From positions 122,202,001 through 122,266,000 of the forward strand of contig CM097883.1 of assembly GCA_044892505.1 (NCBI GenBank): DNA of 64,000 bases. The letters run 5' to 3'. Origin of the DNA: Schmidtea nova (lineage: Eukaryota). The notes under the pieces were generated by a model. That model had not been told where the DNA came from. It saw nothing but the letters and a program-made list of their open reading frames with translations, and made no database searches. Made by a program: the position numbers and the translations under genes. Shown piece by piece: positions 1-7,765 of the stretch; the stretch's first letter is position 1, and every line of letters begins with the position of its first letter.

Positions 1-447
1 AAATCAATAATGTTTTAATGAGACAATTTTCAGTTTTTGTAATATCACATTGCGAAAATATCTGTCTCAAGAAATCAAATCTCTTTGAATCTTCTCTGGC
101 ATTCTCTGATTTTCATCGGGATATCATTCCGGCTTTGCGATTTCAAGTTGAGAATAGTATCAAAATTGAAGTTCTCGCAGCTGCATTTTCTTAGCATTTA
201 ATAATCAATCAGCAGAAATATTGAATTCTCTGATTTACAGGACAGTTGAATACAATATGATCTCGATGCTAGATATTATTTCAAATGCTTTTTTTCTAAA
301 TTAAAAATAGAGCAATTCTCTGAATAAAGATTAGGATAATAAACTTTAATGACTTTCAAGGTAGTCAAGAAATGACTAACGGAAAAATGAATTACACAAA
401 ACAGAAAAATAATGATAATGCTCCCAATTTCGCAATAGAAATAATTT

Positions 448-3400
448 TTATGTGGTTGGAAGAAAACCAGTAGCATGAAAATGCCATGATTTGGCAGAGT
501 GCGAGATGTTACTAAGCGCACATGCTTTCAATAGATCGGGTATTTTCGAAATCTTTACACCCATTCTTTCAAGAACATCATTAGTTGCTGGTGGAACAGA
601 TCCTAAAGAACCAATTATACAAGTGTACAAGTCGACTGTAAAGTTTGGTTTAGCTGATTTGATTTTCAATTTTAGAGATTCATATTTTTCTATATTTCTT
701 TTATTGACATCATCAAAATTTGCTATTGTGTCAAAGGGACACTTTACGTCAACCATGAGAATTGTCTTTTTGTCATTGTTGGTAATAATTAAATCAACTC
801 GTTCTTTAGAGTCGCGAACTAACGAACATGCATGGTCCACTACAACAATCAATTTAGGGTCTTTTAAATGTTGAGTAATCTGTTCGAGACAGTCGTTGTG
901 ACGCGAAAGTGCAAGAATTTGATGAACTTTACAATTTTGTAGGACATGTAACAAAGTTTCTTCATCTTTATGACAACGTCGACAAATCCTCTCATCAGGT
1001 TTTCTATATGGTTTTGCGAAATTAGCTAGAGTGTTTGTTCTGGCACGATGGATGAATTTCCAAGAACCTTCACGCAATTTCCCTCTAAATATCGCTTTGT
1101 TTATGTCGGGAGATAAGCTATATGCTGATGAGCCACTTATGTTACTATTTTTCCATTTAGTAAAATAAGAGTCATAGAGAGCAAGGTGCAGAATCTTTGA
1201 GATGGCTTTTCGGTTTAAGCACTTCAATATAATTGTGCCATTTGTAATTGTTGTGAGACGAATGATGGGTTCGTTTTCCAACACTTCAAACGATATTGTT
1301 ATTTTGTGTGTCTTTTCAAAATGTTGAATTGCTGTGCGTGGTCGGTAAAATCGGGTTTTCTTTCCCGAATGTTGTTTAATCATGTTGGCTCCATTAATCC
1401 AACTGAAGCTTTCTTGTAGCGATGGGTTGTTAATTCCAAGTCGAGGCCCAGTTACAAACTTTAGGGAATCTATATTTATCTTTTTTGCCAAAGGACAGAT
1501 TGAAGTAAAAAGTCTAAAGAAATGACTGATGGTTTGTGTGTGATATTCGTCGAGTAGATCAATACAAGAAGCACCTCCATTTTCAATAGAGTTGTAAAAG
1601 TAGCTGATTTCAGAATGATCAGACAAATTCATCATTTTTCTTAAATACTTCCTAAGCTTTGTTGTACTATTACCGATATTAGCAGAAAGAGCCCTAATTT
1701 TAATTTCTCTTGTTCTAAATGGGAAAATTAGACGAGAGTGTATGAAAATCTTGTAAGCTTTCAGCTTTTGCCAGCCGTACAAGTCTGAGTCGGCAAGTTT
1801 CTTGGTATCACTAACCACCTTATCAAGGATGTCATAAGGACTTTGGTCAGGGTCTTCACCAATTGGTACTCCAAGATATTCATAAAATTCTTTATTTAAT
1901 AATTTCTTAATGATTGTATTATCGACAGTTATCTCACTTGTTGTATTGACACTTGGAAGTTGAATATATGCACATTTTTCTGGTCGATACTCAAAGCCTA
2001 TTTCAGATGCAGTGTCGTGTGCAATGTTTATTATCATTTGCAAGTCCTTAGCATTATTAGCAATAAGAGCAATATCGTCAGCATATGCAAGAACTTGAAT
2101 TGAAGATTCACCAAGTTTAAAAGGATTGACACTTGAAAGACTAACAGCTTGAAGAACAGGATTGATTGCTATTGCAAACAAGACCATTGAAAGAGGACAT
2201 CCTTGTTTAACTCCTTGTTTTATTGCAATGTTTGGTGTTACAATCGGACCACAGGTATAGAAGGAGCTTGTTTCAGTGTACAAAAGTTTCAAAATCTTAG
2301 TAAATTTCTCACTCATTCCAATATGACGCAAAATCGCCCACATGTAATCATGGGGTACACTACCAAAAGCGTCCTTAATGTCAAGAAATGCAATAGCAAC
2401 AGGTGTATTTTTACTGTATTTCGAGTGTTCAAGACAAGATGAAAGTATGGAATTGTGTTCAACACATCCATCATGAATAGAACCTCCTTTTTGTCCAACA
2501 TGAAGAACATTATTTAGATTCACCCACAGTGTCAAACGTCTAGCTAATATTGATGAGAATAATTTGTAAACAACAGATAACAAAGCAATTGGACGCCAAG
2601 AAGAGATTAAAGTGTATTTATCACCCTTGTCGTGTTTAGGAATCATTAACGTTTTGAAGGATTTCCAAACGTCTGGAATTGTATTTTCCCTAATGATTTT
2701 ATTAAATAAAAAGGTCAACAATTTACCCTCTGGATCAAGAATTGCAATGTCTTTATATTGAATTCCATCAAGCCCAGGAGAAGTATTATCAGCGTTTTTC
2801 AACTCATAGAGTACCTCTTTTTCACTGATAAAATTCAGATTTAGAATATTTAAAGATTTAATTGCAAATTTAAAAACTTTGTCATGATTCTTTAAAATAG
2901 GATCTCGATGACTAAAATTATCTATGTGATCTTTAATTGTTGGTCTATCCTTTATGTCGTCACTCATAAATATTTTATTTATTGTCTTTTTCATATTTTT
3001 ATTAAAAGATGACGCCAAGTTAGTATTAGATGGTTTGTCTTTATTTGTTTTGTTTCCTAAATATGGCCTACGTAATTTAGTTAAATTGACTTCTTCTTTA
3101 CTTTTGGCAATAGTAGTAATAATAAATTCCGTTATTTCGTTAACATTTGAATTTTGTAGATTTAACAAATGCTCATTTATCAAAGTTATACGTTGATTTA
3201 TTTTAAGTTTAACATGTTGCTTTTCAATTTGTAAAGGCGTTAATGGAATTTCCATACATTCTTTTACAGGTGGTAGGAGAGAATTTACAACATTACCAAT
3301 GTCATGCAAATTAATGTTTTCAAGAGACAAGTCTAGAGCGTAGTTCTTGATGAAAGCACAGGTGAGAACCCTGCTTACAAGACCAGAACCTCGAACATCA

Positions 3401-5010
3401 TGTGGACAATTACCAGTTTTGCTACAAAGACCAGGAGATTCTCGTATTTCATTGACTTTAGTTATTAAAGCTTTAGCAGTAGATAGGTAAGGAGCATTAT
3501 TCTCTAAAGTTGTTGGGTTTAATAAATAATGTTCATTATTGTTGTAGTCAATGACAAGCAGGATTTGTTGAGCTTGTGGTGGAGCAATAATTGAAAAAAC
3601 AACTTGTGCTTTAGTTAGACGATCAATATTTAAAAAATCATTCAAATATTGAGTGCAGTCATCTAATATTGCAGTGCAAATGGTATTGTTTAAAAATATG
3701 AACCTTTCACACAGATTTAAATTATTAAAATAATTTGTTAAAATATTATTCGTAATTTTAAAATTTAAAAAGTTTAGATTTAACGCCACTTGATCAAGTA
3801 TTTTGGAATGAATAGTGTCGAGCTTTTCAATTACTCTATCTCTATTGCAAATAGATCCTGAAATATATTGCTCCAAAAACATTATGAAAGTCGTGGCATG
3901 TTCTATTGGATCATCAGAAAACATTGAAGTTCGAAAAAGAGTATGACGATGTTGTTGAAATTTTATTGAATTTTCTAAGATAAATTTATTTAAATAATCT
4001 GTCATATTTTCTCCAATTCCCAGCAGTCTTTCAGTTATATTCGTAGAACGAACATCAAAAATATAACTGCAGCCAAGACTAATAGAACAAAGAAAGAGAC
4101 ACCAATAGTTATCATTTGGAACAATACTGATAATAATGCGAATATCCTTAAATTGTTTAAAAGTAACATTGTCTCTTATATAAATATTATTTTGATTAAT
4201 CAAATTAATTGTTAGTTCAGGAGAAAACACAAGCACACTTGGATCATTTTGAAACCACTTATTTAAGAGTGTAGAAACACAAGCTTTCTCGTTGTTAAGT
4301 TTTATTGGTTTAACAATGTTGTTATTTTGGTGAATATTCTTTTTAAGCGCCATTGCTTTATTTAAATTAATTTTATTAAGAAAATGATTCTTTGGCAATC
4401 CACCACCCGATAATTTGACATTGTGATTTGATTGACCTTTTTTAAAATCGTGGATCTGTTTTCTAATGTTCAAGATAAAATCATCAGGTAAACATTCCCA
4501 TTCTCCACTAACAATCATTGCGTATGCACAAATAAAAGGTCCACAATCAAAATCATTATTTTGATATTTGAGATTTTTAATTGGATTGTCAGTTATTTGG
4601 TTGTGACGTTTGAATTTATTATTTAATACTGAGTTTATTTTTAGAGCATTAACTTTGCTGTCTAATCTATTCCTATAATTAAAGATTGGATCAATAAAAT
4701 AAGAAGTCAAAGAAGTCTTGCAATAAACAAACAAGACCCAATGGCAATTATTAATATTGAGAGGACACAATATTACTTGGGATTCAAAAATTGTTTGAGG
4801 TATCGGAAAAATATCATCGGTCATATTTGAGCATAAAATACTTACAACAAAACATTTAATGAAAGCAAAACTAGGGTTGCTGATGTGACTTTCAAAGAAA
4901 TAGTCAATGTCATCATCAGTGAACCAACATTTTAAATCATGAGTGTCAAGAGTGCATTCTGCATCAGTCTCGTCAGACAATGCAGTACATGTAGAGGCTG
5001 ATGCAGGCAC
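448..5010 (-). CDS. ORF2: Ulp1/C48-like cysteine protease (plus two degenerate repeats), reverse transcriptase, CCHC zinc knuckle, restriction-like endonuclease
   Basis: WFTDDDI...CHW(H90)...IDP(D107)...YQNNDFDCG(C156); RT motifs SPGLDG, WRPIALL, FLDIKDAFGSV, GVKQGCPLS, YADD (2074-2085), YLG; CRRCHKDEETLLHVLQNC (931-984); RHND; VDLII...VDVKCPF...KY. The track start is GTG; the first ATG is codon 63. Confidence 0.95.
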   Translation of the reverse strand: MPASASTCTALSDETDAECTLDTHDLKCWFTDDDIDYFFESHISNPSFAFIKCFVVSILCSNMTDDIFPIPQTIFESQVILCPLNINNCHWVLFVYCKTSLTSYFIDPIFNYRNRLDSKVNALKINSVLNNKFKRHNQITDNPIKNLKYQNNDFDCGPFICAYAMIVSGEWECLPDDFILNIRKQIHDFKKGQSNHNVKLSGGGLPKNHFLNKINLNKAMALKKNIHQNNNIVKPIKLNNEKACVSTLLNKWFQNDPSVLVFSPELTINLINQNNIYIRDNVTFKQFKDIRIIISIVPNDNYWCLFLCSISLGCSYIFDVRSTNITERLLGIGENMTDYLNKFILENSIKFQQHRHTLFRTSMFSDDPIEHATTFIMFLEQYISGSICNRDRVIEKLDTIHSKILDQVALNLNFLNFKITNNILTNYFNNLNLCERFIFLNNTICTAILDDCTQYLNDFLNIDRLTKAQVVFSIIAPPQAQQILLVIDYNNNEHYLLNPTTLENNAPYLSTAKALITKVNEIRESPGLCSKTGNCPHDVRGSGLVSRVLTCAFIKNYALDLSLENINLHDIGNVVNSLLPPVKECMEIPLTPLQIEKQHVKLKINQRITLINEHLLNLQNSNVNEITEFIITTIAKSKEEVNLTKLRRPYLGNKTNKDKPSNTNLASSFNKNMKKTINKIFMSDDIKDRPTIKDHIDNFSHRDPILKNHDKVFKFAIKSLNILNLNFISEKEVLYELKNADNTSPGLDGIQYKDIAILDPEGKLLTFLFNKIIRENTIPDVWKSFKTLMIPKHDKGDKYTLISSWRPIALLSVVYKLFSSILARRLTLWVNLNNVLHVGQKGGSIHDGCVEHNSILSSCLEHSKYSKNTPVAIAFLDIKDAFGSVPHDYMWAILRHIGMSEKFTKILKLLYTETSSFYTCGPIVTPNIAIKQGVKQGCPLSMVLFAIAINPVLQAVSLSSVNPFKLGESSIQVLAYADDIALIANNAKDLQMIINIAHDTASEIGFEYRPEKCAYIQLPSVNTTSEITVDNTIIKKLLNKEFYEYLGVPIGEDPDQSPYDILDKVVSDTKKLADSDLYGWQKLKAYKIFIHSRLIFPFRTREIKIRALSANIGNSTTKLRKYLRKMMNLSDHSEISYFYNSIENGGASCIDLLDEYHTQTISHFFRLFTSICPLAKKINIDSLKFVTGPRLGINNPSLQESFSWINGANMIKQHSGKKTRFYRPRTAIQHFEKTHKITISFEVLENEPIIRLTTITNGTIILKCLNRKAISKILHLALYDSYFTKWKNSNISGSSAYSLSPDINKAIFRGKLREGSWKFIHRARTNTLANFAKPYRKPDERICRRCHKDEETLLHVLQNCKVHQILALSRHNDCLEQITQHLKDPKLIVVVDHACSLVRDSKERVDLIITNNDKKTILMVDVKCPFDTIANFDDVNKRNIEKYESLKLKIKSAKPNFTVDLYTCIIGSLGSVPPATNDVLERMGVKISKIPDLLKACALSNISHSAKSWHFHATGFLPTT

Positions 5011-5019
5011 ATCCCATCA
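4952..5019 (-). promoter_or_regulatory. Putative UGA readthrough signal: in-frame UGA followed 6 nt later by a stem-loop
   Basis: RNA GUGC-CUGCAUCAG...CUGAUGCAG-AAU-GCAC (9-bp perfect stem, 4959-4967 with 4998-5006, plus 4 bp beyond a 3-nt bulge); function is inferred. Confidence 0.5.
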
Positions 5020-7437
5020 TTTGGTGATCGCCTTTGATAGTTTATGGTCTTTTCTAGTAGTCATTTTTCTAATGTCTGTATTTTTAGGTGGTAAACAAGA
5101 TGTAGATTGCGCATCAATATCAGTTTCTAAGAGAGCCGATTTAATGATACCTGTATTATTTGAATCTACGACATTGGAGCTAACGCTAACATCTTTACAA
5201 GTGTCTTTAGAAATTTCAATAACATCAACAGATTCACTACTAGTCAGAAGATTTTCAAGAGAGTCAACAAGATCAAAGATAACTGAAGTCATTTCAGCAT
5301 TACAAATTTTACGACATTTAATTGGAACCTGAAAATAATCTATGTTCTTATTCAAAAATCTTTTCTTGTCTCTTATTATAAAGTATATCAGTCGTTTAGC
5401 CTTGATTATGTTAATGTCATCACACTCAGAACGGAATTCATTTATGTGTGAAAAGACAGAGTCTATTGCATTCATTTGGTTACTTTTTTGGGGAAACAAG
5501 TTATTAATTAATTTTAAAAATTTATTAATTCTTTTAATTGTATCTTGTGAAATTATATTTTTTAATTTATCAATCTCACAGGTCAGCATCCATTGTTTGA
5601 ATTTTATAAGTTTTTCCTGACAACTAATTCTAAAGTATGAAGACGAAGGTATTTTATCAACAAATTCAGAGCCCCACACTTCAAAAGAGTCAATAGTCAA
5701 GGAATCGCATTTAACACAGTCTATAACTGAATGAATAAGTAAGGAATTACGGAAATAATTGACAACGTAATTATCATAATTTATATTTCTTGAATATTTA
5801 ATATTACCTTTTAAGTTTAAATAATTAAGGTAATAAATTAATTCCACAATCTTAATAGGAGAAACGGGTAATGATAAAAGTTTATCTAAATGCTTATCAG
5901 TTCTAGACATTTCATGCAAATCAAATAACCCAATATTAAACATTATATCAGAGGCATTGCTAGAATCAGCTTCTTTCATCGCAGATTTACAATCAACAGT
6001 AAATTTACCATCTATAAATGAAATGTTCTTTGGAAAATCCTTATTTAATTTTAAACTATTAATTAAATTAATTAATTTATCAGGATTCTTTGAAATATTT
6101 TCAATAAAAATCATTTCTTTTAGTTCAGGGTAATCGAGATAGAGTTTATTTATTTGTGATCTTGTAAGATTATTTGAAATTAATTCAAAACCAGCATTAT
6201 GACAATTATCAGAAGTGGAAAAGTCTTTCATTATAAAGTCACCGTCAACATACCTTATTTCTGATTTAACAAGAAAGTCTGGCAATTGTTTTTGCAATTT
6301 TAACAAATCTAAGGCTTTATTAATAACGCTTCCTTTTTGAATTTCATTTTTAATAGAGACAGTTTCTGCCAATTTGCTTGAGAGAGCAAATAAAAATTTT
6401 TTTATTTCTAAAGGTGCAGGAATGAGGTTAGATGTAAAATTATCGGTAGCAATAATATCCGAAATAAATGTTTTTTTCTTATTTAGAATATTAAGGTTTT
6501 GAGGAAGTTGATTAGAGTTAGCCATTTTATTACTATTTAATTTAATCGAAGCACAAAAATTATTGTTTCGATAAAATATATGATCAAAATCCTCAACAAA
6601 CTTAAAATTTGAATTATTTATTAAAGAAAGTTCATAATTTATACGATCATATTTATTTACGGATTTCTTTAATTTTAATAGTTCTTTTAAACGTGGAAAA
6701 TTATTAATTAAATTGGTACGCTCATTTTTAGTTAAAATCCGGGGTAAAAAATCAAATTTAAATTCATCAATTTTAACATTTCTTTTCCCCTTATTTAGTG
6801 AAATTTTAACAGATTTTTTAATTGAAGTTTTACTAAAACTATCATCAGAAACTAGGTCTAAATTTTGACCGTCTGCTTCAGCGTAAGATTTATCAGAAGG
6901 TTTTGGTATATCATTTATATCATTAGAATTATTATTTAATTTTATATTACTATTTAATTTAGAAATATGATTATTTTTATTATTATTAAAATTATGAAAA
7001 TTAGGAGCATTATCAAAATTATTAACGTTTAAAGAATTCAAGATTCCAACAATCAAATCAAGTTTACCCTGAAAATCAACAAAGTTCTTCTCCAGAGCAA
7101 CCATTCGTTTGAAAAGTCCGTCATCAGAAGTTGGAGGAAAAGAAATTCCATCTGTTTTTTCAGGCAAAACATCCATTTTAGATTGTGTCTTGGGTAAATA
7201 ATTTGCCTGAAAAGCATTGAAATTTCTCTCAGGAATCTCCACTCGTCGGCCAGGTTCATCTTTAAGCATAGAGATTTCTTCTGATCTTTTCTTTAAAATA
7301 TCCATAAGAGATTGAGAAGATTGAATTTGTCTTCTCAGAAAATCAACGATTAGCATATTTTCATTTAGATTTGACTGATTACACAATAAATCATCAGAGT
7401 GACTCTGATTGGCCGATTGCATAATACTAGTGTGCAT
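5017..7437 (-). CDS. ORF1, 806 aa, function unknown (N-terminal coiled-coil-like and Asn-rich segments); in frame with ORF2
   Basis: ATG 32 nt from the element 5' end; open in copies 1-4; ends AAA TGA TGG GAT GTG in the ORF2 frame. Confidence 0.85.
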   Translation of the reverse strand: MHTSIMQSANQSHSDDLLCNQSNLNENMLIVDFLRRQIQSSQSLMDILKKRSEEISMLKDEPGRRVEIPERNFNAFQANYLPKTQSKMDVLPEKTDGISFPPTSDDGLFKRMVALEKNFVDFQGKLDLIVGILNSLNVNNFDNAPNFHNFNNNKNNHISKLNSNIKLNNNSNDINDIPKPSDKSYAEADGQNLDLVSDDSFSKTSIKKSVKISLNKGKRNVKIDEFKFDFLPRILTKNERTNLINNFPRLKELLKLKKSVNKYDRINYELSLINNSNFKFVEDFDHIFYRNNNFCASIKLNSNKMANSNQLPQNLNILNKKKTFISDIIATDNFTSNLIPAPLEIKKFLFALSSKLAETVSIKNEIQKGSVINKALDLLKLQKQLPDFLVKSEIRYVDGDFIMKDFSTSDNCHNAGFELISNNLTRSQINKLYLDYPELKEMIFIENISKNPDKLINLINSLKLNKDFPKNISFIDGKFTVDCKSAMKEADSSNASDIMFNIGLFDLHEMSRTDKHLDKLLSLPVSPIKIVELIYYLNYLNLKGNIKYSRNINYDNYVVNYFRNSLLIHSVIDCVKCDSLTIDSFEVWGSEFVDKIPSSSYFRISCQEKLIKFKQWMLTCEIDKLKNIISQDTIKRINKFLKLINNLFPQKSNQMNAIDSVFSHINEFRSECDDINIIKAKRLIYFIIRDKKRFLNKNIDYFQVPIKCRKICNAEMTSVIFDLVDSLENLLTSSESVDVIEISKDTCKDVSVSSNVVDSNNTGIIKSALLETDIDAQSTSCLPPKNTDIRKMTTRKDHKLSKAITK

Positions 7438-7469
7438 GTATGAGTAGGATTATTTTCTTTTTTCAACGA

Positions 7470-7508
7470 TTTACTAGACCAGTGCTCTAACCACTGAGCT
7501 ACGAAGGC
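7470..7508 (-). pseudogene. 5' half (nt 1-39) of interrupted tRNA-Thr(AGT); 7470-7478 is the 9-bp target duplication
   Basis: Identical to the corresponding part of the array tRNA and joined directly to the element 5' end. Confidence 0.93.
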
Positions 7509-7684
7509 TTGAAATTTGAGAGATTTGGATATAAATCTCTAAATTGGCATTCTGTACCGAAAAAATCAAAATCCAACCGATACACAAGTGTCGGACAATC
7601 AATAGGATTATTGTGTATAAATTTTTCTAATACGAGAAAGAAAAACGGACAAGATTAATGTTGATGTCATAAAATTTATTTAGG

Positions 7685-7690
7685 AAAAAA
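7685..7690 (-). terminator. Pol III terminator T6, repeated in every unit
   Basis: TTTTTT 2 nt after the discriminator base on the minus strand. Confidence 0.85.
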
Positions 7691-7692
7691 GT

Positions 7693-7765
7693 TGCCTTCG
7701 GTGAGAATTGAACTCACGACCCCTGGTTTACTAGACCAGTGCTCTAACCACTGAGCTACGAAGGC
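7693..7765 (-). tRNA. TRNAT-AGU: tRNA-Thr(AGT), first full-length copy, representative of the array
   Basis: GCCTTCG TA GCTC AGTGGTTA GAGC A CTGGT CTAGTAA ACCAG GGGTC GTGAG TTCAATT CTCAC CGAAGGC A folds as a 73-nt cloverleaf; A box TAGCTCAGTGG, B box GTTCAATTC. Confidence 0.97.

Larger units (their letters stand above)
1..7469 (-). mobile_element. RLE-type (NeSL-like) non-LTR retrotransposon, copy 1, coding-intact; last ~72 bp of the 3' end lie outside the window
   Basis: ORF1 plus ORF2 with Ulp1, RT, CCHC and PD-(D/E)xK motifs; 5' end abuts tttactaga of a tRNA-Thr 5' half at 7470; colinear with copy 2 at offset 21425. Confidence 0.95.

Noticed and set aside
276-521. 81-aa - strand ORF and 74-aa + strand ORF in the 3' UTR as a third gene
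   Set aside because: No motifs; the 81-aa ORF is lost in copies 3-4 through small indels
491-874. Short + strand ORFs repeated in each element copy (127, 79, 80, 129, 92 aa) and small nested - strand ORFs (65, 68 aa)
   Set aside because: Antisense or alternate-frame shadows of ORF1/ORF2 with no motifs; they recur only because the element is repeated
5017-5019. TGA reassigned to Trp or Sec by a variant genetic code
   Set aside because: TGA ends the intact transposase at 60578-60580 and no other in-frame TGA occurs in the long ORFs; I could not identify a SECIS. Local readthrough is kept as the hypothesis instead
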